64,000 nucleotides of DNA from Anthoceros angustus (GCA_010909165.1 VJWM01000235.1:62001-126000); one strand, 5' to 3'. Counted from the first letter of the stretch, positions 1-11,729 are shown. The notes: a model not told the origin generated them from the sequence alone. Made by a program: numbers and translations.

Positions 1-64
1 CCAGCCAGAGGGTTGAAGAGACTTACAATAAAAGCCCATTCCGAGGCAGACAACTATAAGATTA

Positions 65-257
65 TGTTAAGTTTAGTAAGAGTTACATAACCCTAGCCAA
101 TAGTCAGGCGAGTTAGGCTAACCCAGCTCGTTAAGCGAACAGTCGCAGCCCTACGAAGGGGTGCCCGGGTCCCCTATAAAGGGCCCCTAACCTATGAATT
201 TTCTAATCTTTTCTAATTCATGCTTCCGCTATTTTCTATACATTAGGAAAGTTTACA
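65..257 (+). repeat. 5' LTR of copia element (193 bp)
   Basis: Differs from 3649-3842 by one substitution and one 1-bp indel; contains TATAAA. Confidence 0.95.
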
Positions 258-269
258 TGGTATCAGAGC
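258..269 (+). promoter_or_regulatory. Primer-binding site complementary to the tRNA-iMet 3' end
   Basis: TGGTATCAGAGC immediately after the LTR, the standard plant copia PBS. Confidence 0.9.
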
Positions 270-1826
270 TTTGGCTCTACTGAGGCCTGCAACTGGGAGG
301 GCGCCACGGCTGCCCCGTGGCGCCCTGCCGCTCCCCTCTGGTTCCCTAGTGGTGGAGGAAAGAAAAGGAAAAAAACCAGCATCCTACTGTCACTAGGATA
401 GGCAGGTTCTTTTCCCCTTCCTCAGCCATCCAGATCACTAGAAGAGAAAAAAAAAAACAGCAAAACCGCAATATGATCGGCACCCCGTCCGGGTACTGAT
501 CCGCTGGAGGAACGCTAAACATCGGAGTTCTGAGAAGAACTTGGACATTGGCCCCCCCTTCCATCCGACTTGAATTGAATTACAGTCACACTTCTGATAT
601 CAGAAGGCAGATCCAAAGATGAGCTTAAAACCGGGCCGTTCCCCCCCTCACCCGCTCCCTTCTTGTCGCAGCTTGCAACCCCCCAGCCCGCGCCCTTCTC
701 TGCCACTATTCTAATGGCCCCCAAACGTGGAATTGTTCCCCAGCGTGTTCTATGCTTGAGGCCCCAGCGTCTTTCTTTGGCCAGGACCTCGAATCGTAGG
801 AAGGCCAGACCATCTGGCAGAAGGTGCTGTTCGAAGGCTACAATTTCTAGAGCATCTAGGAGAAGACACCGGGCGAAGGACAGAACATGGAAATGTGCCA
901 CCTTCTATGATTGTCTTCGTCACTGTGTTTGCTCTCCCACCTCCAGCCCTCGAGTGGACTGTGTGGTCCATGGGTTCAGTGAAGACATACCTTGAATTGC
1001 TGGAGGCTTTTTAAAAATTGCTGATGAAGAACCCCTCCATGGCAACCTAATCCTGCAATCTTCCAAACTACCTACCAAGAAGGATTCCTCGGTATCTTCC
1101 GGCCAAACAACATCTCAGAGGTGGCACAATTCTGGGCGCTCCACCTCTCCCCAGCCCCTGGACACCGAATCGCTAAAGGATTTCAGCGCACCACTCTGCG
1201 ATTGGCCTGGAGATTTCATATCACAGGAGCGTCTGCAGAGCCCTCCTCCCGGCCTCCCACGGCGCTCAATTCCCGAGGCAGGGAGGCGCGGGCGCCGAGC
1301 CGCTCTGGCGCACTGTCGGAAGGCAGGCGCGGCGTGGGGATCGTCGCGGGCGCATACACAACGGGCGCCGAGCTTGCGGGAGGCGTCTGCGGGAGGCGCG
1401 GGGCCTGAATTGCAGGTGCGGGCGCCAGATCCGACCAGTGCGCCGCCGGCAGGCGCCCGGCCTGGCCCAGCGGGCGGTCGCGGCGTGGAGGGTCGCGGGG
1501 GCCTGAAGTCCGAGAAGGCAAGGGGCAAGGGGGAGGGTGCAGGTACGGGCGCGGGCGCCGGTGGGGATGGCCGCGTGTCGGCCAAGGGCGAGGAGATTCC
1601 AACGGGCGCGGATGCGCGATGCATGAGGCCGGGATCCCGAGGTTCCCGCCCGCCGTGGGCTCCCGAGCGAACGCAGGCGCGGGCGCCGAGCTTGCGGGAG
1701 GCGCGGGCGCCAGAGGTGCCCGTGGACGGCGGGCCGGCCGATCAACCGTGCCCGTGCACTCAGAAGGGCCCGGCCTCTGCCGTCCTTATTTTTTCCATTC
1801 TTCCGTCTTCCGCAAAACTCAAACGG

Positions 1827-1876
1827 ATGCGCCAGCGGGAATCGAACCCACGACCGCAGCCCCTAGAAAAGGCTGA
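1827..1876 (-). other. tRNA-like 3' half (anticodon-like arm, T-arm/B-box, acceptor-like strand)
   Basis: Minus strand CAGCCTTTTCTAGGGGCTG-CGGTC-GTGGGTTCGATTCCCGC-TGGCGCA. No matching 5' acceptor strand or D-arm. Confidence 0.45.
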
Positions 1877-2276
1877 AGCCACGTACCTTACAAAACCAAG
1901 AAGAAAGCCCGGTGAGAGAAACCACAAAGAAAGGAAAAAGAAGAAAGAAGACACAACAAGGGAGAACTCTCACAGGAGAAATTAAGAGCCAGTAAGAGAG
2001 GGACTATTGTTTTCTTCAAGGATCTTTTGTCGGCACTCGTGGAGGAGAGATTCCTTTGTTCACCTGCCACACCAACAACCTACGACAAGGATTCAAGCCG
2101 AAGTCTTATGACCACAACTTACCGAGACGTGGTGAATCAACTTATACAACACTTCAACTCACTTTCGCTCGACGCTACCGCTTCCATGGCTAGCAGCACT
2201 TCCTCCCTATGGGGTATGCAGATTCTTCATCGACCAAATCAAAGAGAAGGATCGATTCGACGGCCAACACTATCCG

Positions 2277-3240
2277 GTGTGGCGCGTGCGAATGAAATCC
2301 ATTTTGATAGGTCGAGGCGTCTGGAAGGTCGTGGACGGCACCTACCCTAAGCCGACCTCCACTTCCATCCCTCCACCTTCCGCTGCGGATATAGGGAAAT
2401 GGGAGTACCTCAACGGGATAGCTATGGCACTCCTGATCAGCGGACTCGACTCAAGCCTGGTGCCCAGCGTGGAGTTCCTCACGGAGGCTTCTGCCATATG
2501 GGACCAGCTATCAAACACGTACAACGTTAACAATGTTCTAACCTTATGGTATGAATTCAACGCCCTCAAGATGAAGGAGTCGAGATCGGTGGCGGCTCAC
2601 ACATCTAAGTTCCGGCGATTGCGAGGCGGTAGCCTCTCGGCTCAACGATGACCGAGGTGGCCGCACTCAACTCTAATGAGTTTCCAGTTCTTACCAACAT
2701 TTCACTCCTGACTTTGATCGATGGCGACCAGCACCACCGCTCAACCTCCTCTCCGATGGAGGACATTATTGGTGCTCAGACGGCGAGGGCAGGCCGCCTA
2801 GTTTCTGCAGGAGGGTCCAAGCCTAATGCAGATAGGGCGCTTTCCACCCGTTTCAAGCCCGGGAGGAATTCGAAGGGCAAGGCGAACTTCACCCCTAAAG
2901 GTGACTCAACCTCTGCCCCTCCTCACCGAGTTGGGAACTGCTATTGGTGCGGAACTGCCGGCCATTGGGCACGAGAGTGCCGCCAGAGAGAGGCCGGAGA
3001 GAAGACTTAGCTCCGGAGGAGCGATTTGACTTGTGACAGGGCCAGGCGGTTGAGGAACGCCAACACAGCGAAGGCAAGGACCGTGAAGATACTTGCGGTT
3101 TGCCTCAACACCCAGGTGCATTAGGATGCGGGGTGGTACCTGAACAGTGGAGCCATCGCCCACATATGCAACGATCATACTCTATTCACCAAGTGGACAC
3201 TCGTGACCAAGGAGAGAGTGTTACTTGGTGATGAGAGCGA
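2277..3240 (+). pseudogene. Frameshifted copia gag (UBN2-type, CCHC zinc knuckle) and aspartic protease remnant
   Basis: WRVRMKSILIGRGVWKVVDG...ASAIWDQL...LKMKES. Knuckle CYWCGTAGHWAREC. Protease-like WYLNSGAIAHICND at ~3134-3177. Confidence 0.85.
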
Positions 3241-3648
3241 ACCAGCCGCCAATCATGGGACAAAGCACTTGCGAACTTCCTCACGAAGGATGGTTGGCCA
3301 CCTTGGAGCCTGCTCCCGTCCATAAATAGGCGAGGCGGTGTCTATGACTCACCGGAAGGAAGGCGATCTCGAGATGCTTGATTCAAGGGAGTCATGTCGC
3401 TTTTCGGACAACAAATCGACTTGGGCCTCTTCACGGTAGTGCCTCAAGGCGGCTCAGGCTCTCATTCACCGGGAGTGGACCCGCCGCCACCCTCGTAGCC
3501 TGGCATCCCTGACTGCCGGAGAGAAGACTTAGCTCAGGAGGGCGCGCCCGCAGGCGTCACTCCATGGAAGATAGTCTCCACCGCTGGTCAGGTTACGTCC
3601 AGCTTAAGAGGGAGTCATAGCTTAGGTTATGTTACCCTTAAGAGGGAG

Positions 3649-3842
3649 TGTTAAGTTTAGTAAGAGTTACATAACCCTAGCCAATAGTCAGGCGAGTTAG
3701 GCTAACCCAGCTCGTTAAGCGAACAGTCGCAGCCCTACGAAGGGGTGCCCGGGTCCCCTATAAAAGGGCCCCTAACCTATGAATTTTCTGATCTTTTCTA
3801 ATTCATGCTTCCGCTATTTTCTATACATTAGGAAAGTTTACA
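3649..3842 (+). repeat. 3' LTR of copia element (194 bp)
   Basis: Near-identical copy of 65-257, followed by TSD GATTA. Confidence 0.95.
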
Positions 3843-3939
3843 GATTAGCCAGCTAGAAAGGGCTAGAAAGGGCCTTCCAATAGGTGGCTATTGCGAACCA
3901 AGTAGCAGTATGAGGGAGCCCACAGGTCCTTACACCAGT

Positions 3940-5180
3940 GGCCCATTGCGAGCCGGACAAGAAAATTATAACATATATAATTAAGTGGGGATGGGTCACA
4001 TCCCATCTCGTTACTCCCGAACCAAATTTAAGAACCCTCATTAAGGGAGTTCTTATGCACTTCTGGCAAAGATGTCACTCCTCCGAGCAATGTTATAAAG
4101 TCTGAAGGTCGTTATGACCCATTGCAAGCCGAACAAGAAATGTGATATAATTGGGTGGGAATGGGTGACATGTCATCCCGGGTATCGAATTCAATGGTTC
4201 GGAGCAGAGAACCTTTAACCACGGAGTTCTTATGAACTCATGGCGAGGATGTCACTCCTTCTTAACTAGGGAGTTCTTATGAACTCATGGCGAGGATGTC
4301 ACTCCTTCTTAACTAGGGAGTTCTTATGAACTCATGTCGAGGATGCCACGCCTTCGAGCAATGTTAGGAAGCTTGAAGGTCTTTACTACAGGGGCCCATT
4401 GCGAGCCGCACAAGAAATATCATATATAAGTGGGTGGGATGGGTGACATTTCATCCCCGTAGTATTGAACCCGAGAACCCTTAACTAGGGAGTTCTTATG
4501 AACTCATGCCGAAAAATGAATCTCCTAGCCTGAAGTCTCAAGGAGCTGGCTAACAGACTAAAGATGCTTAGCCATATCAGGATCGTAAAGGATGTTATGC
4601 AAAAGCAAAGAGGTATTGTCCTTCAAATGAAAACAACAAGTACCAAAACCGTGTATAGAAAGTCTTATCTGTTGGTGCTCATCACCGAGCAAAACCTTCC
4701 CAGATGCTGTAGAAGCTTAAAGATTTCTCATCAGTTGCTTGTTGTGGCAGATGTGGGAAGTCGTCCCCCGAGTCAAGGTACCAAGAATCGGAGTCGTATC
4801 CCGTTGCTGCCAAGCAGACCACTCCTTCGAGCAATGTTAGGAAGCCTGAACGTTTTACTACAGGGGCCCATTGCGAGCCACATAAGAAATATCATATATA
4901 ATTGGGTGGGATGGGTGATATCTCATCCCCGTAGTATCAAATGTGAGAACCCTTAATCAGGGAGTTCTTATGAACTCATGGCCAAGATGTCACTCCTCTG
5001 AGAGAGTTCTTATGAACTCATGGCGAGGATGAACTCATGGCCAGGATGTTACCCCTATGAGAGGGTTCTTATAGACTCATCATGGTGAATCCTCCATGAG
5101 GATTCTTATGAACTTATGGGGATGATGTTATTCCTCGGGGTGGGTTCTTATGAAGTCATGCGAGGATGTCACTCCTCTAG
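3940..5180. repeat. Complex tandem array: about 10 copies of GGGAGTTCTTATGAACTCATGGCGAGGATGTCACTCCT inside a longer repeated unit
   Basis: Core at ~4045, 4222, 4269, 4316, 4488, 4960, 5003, 5063, 5100, 5142. Longer GGCCCATTGCGAGCC...GGGATGGGT unit at ~3940, 4117, 4391, 4863. Confidence 0.85.
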
Positions 5181-5823
5181 GAGGACGACCATGTTTAAAG
5201 TCATGTCATAAATTAAGACTAAAGATGAAAACGTAGCTAGGTAATCTATATGTCATGGGTAGCTAGGTATCTATATGTCATGGATAATGTGAATCGTGTG
5301 GAATTATTATCAATGAATATCAAAATAAACTATTGCGTATGATATACCTAGAACATTGTATATAAAACAGACTCTATTGAGGGGAAAATGATGGGAAGAG
5401 CCCATCCAGTGAAGGACAACAAATTGGTGACAGTAAAAAAGAGCAGCTAACCTCCCTACTGAAAGTCACCAACTTGTGCCAATAATGTGCAAGAAGAGTA
5501 AATGGCATGCATATTGTAGAGGAAGAGAGGATGCATCACGTGGTGTCGTTGTCATGTGAAGAATTGCTACTGCGAGTGCCCGTTGGAGGGCAATGGATAC
5601 ACGATGTCGGAAGAAAGCATAAGAAAGGGACAATGGATACGTGTTGTCGAAAGAATGCTATGAAATAAGGGAAAGCCTTGCGGCCCCTGTACCATGCCTG
5701 CAAGCATGGTTAGCTTTGGCACCATGCCTGCAAGCATGGTAAGCTTTGGCCCAAGACTGATAAATTAGTTAAAGTCCTTTGCTATCGCCCCATACGTTTC
5801 CAAGGCTAGGGGAATGAAGAGAT

Positions 5824-6125
5824 GGCCCGTTGCATCCCATTGTACTTCTGGACCTTGCGAGCCCCGCTCGAGTTGCTGGCCCATTGCATCCCATTGTACT
5901 TCTAGACCTTGCGAGCCGCTGCTCCAATTGCCAGCCCGTTGCATCCCATTCTACTTCTGGACAATTGGAGCAGCCCGTTGCATCCCATTCTACCTCTGGA
6001 CCTTGCGAGCCGCCGCTCCAGTTGCTGCCCAACCTGACCCCATTGAAGTGACGTCATGTTGGGCAGCAACTGAAGTGACGTCATGTGACGTCATTGTAAT
6101 GACCCCATTGAAGTGACGTCATGTG
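5824..6125. repeat. Tandem repeats (GCCCGTTGCATCCCATT.TACTTCTGGAC x4) followed by a TGACGTCA cluster
   Basis: Units at ~5825, 5879, 5934, 5973. TGACGTCA at 6049, 6076, 6086, 6114. Confidence 0.8.
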
Positions 6126-6963
6126 TAGGATCAGTTACAATGACATCTGGCGGCATCAGACCTGATCGCCATGGACGAGATACAAGTCAGGCCTGAGTAT
6201 GTGACCGCTGTATTAGAACATTGTATTGATTGTAGTACGATGTACTATGCATGACGGAGAATAGATAATGGATTAAGACAAACTTATGTGTAGGTGCAGA
6301 TAAGAAAGAGTGTGTATATGCATATGTATATAAACTAGGCCTGATTTACAATAAATATGCGGATGCATGACTTAAAATAGATTATCGGTTCATATAAGTT
6401 TGTATATAGTTGAAGGTAAGAAAGACTATGTATACACATATGTTTATAAACTTGATACGATTTAGAATGAATAGTCAATAAAAAAAAATTGTATGTGCCT
6501 GAAGACAAGAACAATAATATGCATGCATTAAATATAGAATATTATTATAAAATGATTTAAATTATTTTATATTCATAATAAATATGAAAAATTTCTTATA
6601 AGGTGACAGTGGTTGTTACATCGCGAGAGTACTAGCCATGGTGGTTAATAGGCAGGACAGCCGATAAAATTACATCCGAGAAAATTTAATCTCCAGAATC
6701 ACTTGGACAATAGCGTAAGAATCGATGGCATTTCCATCCATTATTTTCTCGGATGCCAGTCTTCCCGGTCGACGGTTAACATCAGATTATGCCTTGAAGG
6801 ATAGGGTTCTGCGTCCTCCACCTTAATGATCCTCTGAAGACACGTTCACAGCAACGTGAATGTCAAATACTTAGTGTGTTACCCTCTTGAATTTGCTTGA
6901 GTCGGCGTGCTGGTGCATGCCGCGTGATGGGTTGCTTTGCGAAGATGATGAACAAGGACCTTG

Positions 6964-8253
6964 TTAGACAGCTTCAAAAATCATGACTCCCTTGGTGATG
7001 TCGGTTTTGTGGTGTGCAAACTCCCTGGACTTCTCATAAGCTTTAGGCCAAGGTTGCTTCCTTTCTTTGTCCTTGTGAGCCCCACCCCATGCACTTTTGT
7101 ATGTGGACGGATTGATGTCAAACTGGTCAGGCCTTCCTCCGCCTGGTGCAGGTGCAGGTGCAGGTGCGGAGGCAGGTGGAGAGGCCGGCTTTGAGGATGC
7201 ACAGGAGGTTTCAGGCTTGGAGGAGGCCGGAGGAGAGGCTGGCTTTGAGGATGCACATGAGGTTTCAGGCTTGGAGGAGGCCGGAGGAGAGGCTGGCTTT
7301 GAGGATGCACAGGAGGTTTCAGGCTTGGAGGAGGCCGGAGGAGAGGCTGGCTTTGAGGAGGCACACGAGGTTTCAGGCTTGGAGGAGGCCGGAGGAGAGG
7401 CTGGCTTCGAGGAGGCACACGATGAATCAGGCTTGGAGGTTGGAGGAGAGGCAGGTTTGGAGCAGGCAGGAGGAGACGCCGGTTTTGAGGATGCACAGGA
7501 TGAATCAGGCTTGGAGGAAGGGGGAGGAGAGGCAGTCTTGGAGCAGGCAGGAGGAGATGCTGGCTTCGATGAGGCACAGGACGAGGCAGGAGGAGAATTA
7601 GGGTTTGATGAAGCGCAGGGAGAGTCAGGTTTCTTGGATGCGCATGCGGGAGGGGAGGCAGGCTTGGAGGATGCGCAGGGAGGAGATGCAGGCTTAGGAG
7701 AGGTTGTTACCGCCTTGGACTGCAGGACACTGTCAGGCTTGGGGTTAGGGTCTCCCAGGGCCTCCGGATGGCCAAACACATGCGGGGTGAGCTCCTTGAC
7801 GCCGGGCTCCGGCACGGAGCGGGTGGTGAACTTGCAGGCCGTGGTGTAGGGCTTCTCGCCCACATGCGTACTCAGGCCCAGCGGCTTGGTGTACGACTTC
7901 TCCTTCTCCGGCTTGGTGGTTTCCTTGAGGATGGGCGCCGCGTAGGTCCTGGTGTCGGTGGGCTTGGCCGGCTTCCGGGCCGCCTGCAGCGCGTAGTCCG
8001 TCTTGGTGGTGTGGTCGATGGCGTGCACAGGCCACTGGTAGGGCGTGTAGTCGTAGGGGTTGATGGGAGGCCTGCCCTCGTCGAAGGGCGGAGGCTTCCC
8101 GGAGTGAGCTGGTGGAGGCGGGTGCAGCGCCAGGGTCACGTCCGTGGATTTGCGCCCCCACCATAGCTGGTCCCAATGCGGATCAAAGTTGGGGTTGTCC
8201 GTCCACATGGACTTCCTGCGCGCCCCCTGCGGCTTCCTCCCCCTCGACGCCAT
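6964..8253 (-). CDS. Uncharacterised protein (at least 429 aa) with an 18-aa Ser/Pro/Lys/Cys repeat; possible extra 5' exon 8333-8459
   Basis: Long ATG-initiated ORF with GC-rich third codon positions in the unique region and a repeat SSKPASPPASSKPETSCA. A 68-nt GT-AG intron (8265-8332) would join an upstream in-frame ATG exon. Confidence 0.75.
   Translation of the reverse strand: MASRGRKPQGARRKSMWTDNPNFDPHWDQLWWGRKSTDVTLALHPPPPAHSGKPPPFDEGRPPINPYDYTPYQWPVHAIDHTTKTDYALQAARKPAKPTDTRTYAAPILKETTKPEKEKSYTKPLGLSTHVGEKPYTTACKFTTRSVPEPGVKELTPHVFGHPEALGDPNPKPDSVLQSKAVTTSPKPASPPCASSKPASPPACASKKPDSPCASSNPNSPPASSCASSKPASPPACSKTASPPPSSKPDSSCASSKPASPPACSKPASPPTSKPDSSCASSKPASPPASSKPETSCASSKPASPPASSKPETSCASSKPASPPASSKPETSCASSKPASPPASSKPETSCASSKPASPPASAPAPAPAPGGGRPDQFDINPSTYKSAWGGAHKDKERKQPWPKAYEKSREFAHHKTDITKGVMIFEAV
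7170..7700 (-). repeat. 54-bp coding minisatellite within the CDS
   Basis: GAGGCTGGCTTTGAGGATGCACAGGAGGTTTCAGGCTTGGAGGAGGCCGGAGGA, about 4 near-perfect copies plus degenerate ones. Confidence 0.9.
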
Positions 8254-10754
8254 CCCCTCCTCCCCTGCAAATCACCACCACACCAATTTTCCAGCAGCAC
8301 GGAGATGGCGCCGCACACCCAGTGCTGTGCACTGTATCCCGACTCCAGGACCGGGACGGGAGTTGAGGTGAAACGGCAGGTCCAGCTGGACGTCCCTTTG
8401 ATGATCTCCCACCTCTCCTGCTGCCACGTGGCGTCCAGGTAGCCACCTCGTCCTACCATGGCCGGCCGGTCATCATACATACAATGTACGTATGTATCAA
8501 CACACATATGTATATCCTTACCCACATCGTCGCACAGGAGGCCCCTTTCTACAAGCTGTAACGTGCCTAGGGTTTCTGAGCCTCTCTCTCCTTATTGCCC
8601 CACCAGGTAGGGTTTTGAGTGGAGTACTTCTGGGCTCGGGCCTACTCCGAGGTGTTCTTCTGTGAAAGCCCAGAGAGACACACCGTGTCTGCTGTCGCAG
8701 CTCATAGCTTCCAAGCGCGGAGCTGCGCCAGAGCGGGACTCTCTCGGGGCCTTGTAGCGGCCTTTCCCGGTTCTCGTTGTGTTTCTTCGTTGCCCCGATG
8801 ATGAGTGCAATTTCGAAAAGTAGTGGTCTTAGCTCGGGATGCTGAGAAGTACAGCGCATGAGGGGCTTAATGATGCACGCCTCTTCCTTCTTGTTGATTG
8901 CCCTGTGTATGATTGTTTCAGGGTTGCTTGTATCTGCGATTCCGTCAGCGTGGTGTGAAATATCTTGACCTATTGTAGTTAGACGTTGTGTGTGTGTGCG
9001 TGGACAAACCTGGAAGGCAGGTTCGGTGATACTGTTTGAGATCATTTCACTCTGCCCCTCACAGGTGGAAGGCTTAACTCTTCTTCTGCGTTGGGTTTGC
9101 TTTCTTCTCTGTTCGGGATAAGTGGGATTTGCCCTAATTGGACCAGGCCAGTGTGAGTTTTTGGTGTCTTTTGACACGCAGAGCGCAGGGAAGGTTTCTT
9201 GACCTCTTCTGGCAATGGTCTCGATTCGTTTGTGCGGTTACTTCGACACTTCCTCTCGTGGAAGTTTTGTCTGTTTTTGACCTATTCTCTTGAAGCTCGA
9301 TCCGTTTGTGATCTTGGTGATTTGGAGTGCTTATTTCCAGCTAGCAAGGCTTCAGGGTCCTTTGGGTTGCTTCTTATATGCCCGCTCAATTGCCTTTTTT
9401 TTTGTGAGCGTAGTGGTATGGCCAGTGGGTCAGAAGGCTTGTCATGTTACGCTCTGGCTCGACACTCCCCAGGATTAACGAAAGATTTCAGCCTTGTCTG
9501 AACTACCATGAAAGACGAACACTAACCTTTAGTGAATGAGGGAGGCAGCCAGTAGCGTATGGATGACATTCTTTACCATGGTCTTGAGTTGTGAGGTGGA
9601 ACGCGTTGCTACTCCCTATGATATAACAATCTCAGCAGGTTCTGATTCTGCATGAAGTACAACATTCTCGAACGGATATGAGGGAGCTCTGAAGAGGTTT
9701 TTTGTTTCTGCGTATGCTGTTTCGTATGGTCTGCGGCATCTATCTGTCTTCTGTCTGTTTGCTCTCTAGTTTTCTTCGGGGACCGGAAGTGTTTGTACAT
9801 CCACACGCACCATGGCGGGCAGAAGCACTTTTCTCACGTGTAGGATTTGCACCTCCTGGTTTTCGTGCTTTCGTTGGTTTCTTCGGGTGTTTCTCTTCTC
9901 CTTCGTGCATTTCCTTGGTTTCGTCCGGTTTTCCTTGGTTTTCTCGGGTTTTCCTTGGTTTCGGGGGCACGCCTCATCCCCACCTCATTTGTGTAGACGA
10001 AGTATATTATAGTCCTCGCGGACTGGAAAATATCATTCAAGACTGGGTACTTAGAGTGTGGTCATGTGTGTGCAGATCGAGGTTGATAATCAGAATCCCC
10101 TGTTCAAGCGTCTCGCAGGAGGATCAGGGTCAGAATGGGGTATCTGTGGGAAGTTTACCTTCCACTTCATTTCGTATCACGGTAAACACAAAGTCTTTTC
10201 GCATATAAGGAAAATAAGGGATTGGTCGGCAAAGTCGTGCGGATTATGCTCTGAATCAAGGTGTATCCTGGGAGAGCGAATGGCAGCTCAAATGTCCTAT
10301 GGTAGATTTAATATGCATGTGTTCTGTTCATCCGTCCGCGGGCGGAGGCTGTCGTTCCCGCGGGATCGAACATGTATAAAACGCTCTCCGTCTTTGCACA
10401 CTGCTGACCGGTGCTCGGTGAGGTTTGCGAGAACATAGCGATTTCGAGCGGCCACTCTCCGCACAGGGTGCGGTGAAGCGAATGGAGCGCGGCTATTGCA
10501 TCTCTACATAGGACAGTTTGATGGTGATGTGGATGTGCACAATATTTTATTTGTATGAACTGAAGTAGAAATAGTATCCGTGATAATTACTATTTCAATT
10601 CCCCGCACCGGAAATTTTATGGAGGCGTCGTAACCATGAAAACTACTATGCCGAAACCATGAAAACTACTCTGAGTCTTATCATGTGTCATCTTGACTTC
10701 GAGTCTTAGAATGTGTCATCTTAGAATGTGTCGTATGACAATAGTCTGAGTGTT

Positions 10755-10955
10755 TGAGTTTAGTATTTGATTGGTATTAATTGATCTAATTATTATCTAT
10801 AACTGAATAATTTTAATTAAGTACTTATATTAATTAAGAATTAATTAGTGTTAATTAAAGATTGTTAGCAATAGCTACGTTGATAAACACAAGTAATATG
10901 CTTCAGTGTATCCTTGCCTAAAATTCTTCTTCTTGCATATTATAGTGTATTCTTA
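10755..10955 (+). repeat. AT-rich dispersed repeat shared with the CACTA element interior at ~55203-55421
   Basis: Shared strings GTTTAGTATTTGATT, AATTAGTGTTAATTAA, GTTAGCAATAGCTA, CAAGTAATATGCTT, GCATATTATAGTGTATT in the same order. Confidence 0.7.
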
Positions 10956-11142
10956 GGATATTTCTAGCATATGCTAATGCCAATAGGATATCTTAGGAAT
11001 ATGCCAATGCCGAGAGCTAGCTTTCACATAGGACAAGCTCAGATCATAGGTCATCGTCTAAATATTCAATAAAAGGTTTTTTGTGAAGAGGCTAAAGCTA
11101 TGACTCCGAAAGTGACGTGTGAAGAATTTGCATATTGTTTGT

Positions 11143-11425
11143 CTTGGAGAGAGTGTGTTTATGCTACGACGTGCGAGCTACTCTCTCCTATTGTTATTGG
11201 TTTGCACCTATATTTGAATATTAGATTTGTTTTGCTTACCTATATGTTGAGGAAGTGCTCATATAAATGCAGGTGCTTACTTCATGCGCTTGGAGAGAGT
11301 GTGTTTATGCCACAATGTGTGAGCTACTCTCTCCTATTGTTATTGGTTTGCACCTATATTTGCATATTAGATTTGTTTTGCTTACCTATATGTTGAGGAA
11401 GTGCTCATATAAATGCAAATGCTTA
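11143..11425. repeat. Tandem duplication, ~146 bp x2
   Basis: CTTGGAGAGAGTGTGTTTATGC...CATATAAATGCA at ~11143 and ~11289. Confidence 0.9.
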
Positions 11426-11729
11426 CCTCGTGCGATAAGTGCCAAACTATTGTATCAATATATACCACTTGTAAATCGATATAAAAGAACCCCATTTGGG
11501 ACCTGGATCATTGCCAGGGCACTCAAGGGCGAGGTTGCCAAGGGGACTGGGTTATCTACCAGTAGCAGAAAACATCTTGAGATTCACGAATTTGTAGTTG
11601 TATATACCTTGGTGGTTGATGCCCCTTGCCATACTGCGTTGTCTAGAACATGTTGAGATTCACGCATCTCTAGTTGTGTATGCCCTATTGGCTGATACCC
11701 ACCAATTAGATCTTCACTGAGTGATATGA

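Larger units (their letters stand above)
65..3842 (+). mobile_element. Non-autonomous Ty1/copia LTR retrotransposon (both LTRs, PBS, PPT, TSD; gag/protease remnants only)
   Basis: Direct repeats 65-257 and 3649-3842, both TG...CA. TSD GATTA at 60-64 and 3843-3847. PBS TGGTATCAGAGC at 258-269 and purine tract TAAGAGGGAG directly before the 3' LTR. No integrase, RT or RNase H seen. Confidence 0.95.

Noticed and set aside
923-942. 20-bp inverted match CTGTGTTTGCTCTCCCACCT with ~20908-20927
   Set aside because: No extension on either side by eye. It may be chance or a remote copia-leader similarity.
1115-1985. Several long overlapping ORFs
   Set aside because: A by-product of very high GC, low-complexity sequence inside the copia element.
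4040-5180. CRISPR-like array of palindromic repeats
   Set aside because: The intervening sequences are themselves repeated and irregular, there are no cas genes, and the context is eukaryotic.
7097-7849. Plus-strand Gly/Glu/Ala-rich ORF
   Set aside because: Antisense shadow of the repeat CDS, with no ATG context or independent evidence.
8558-10450. Possible LTR or LINE remnant starting TGTAAC
   Set aside because: No TSD, partner LTR or convincing protein motif found.
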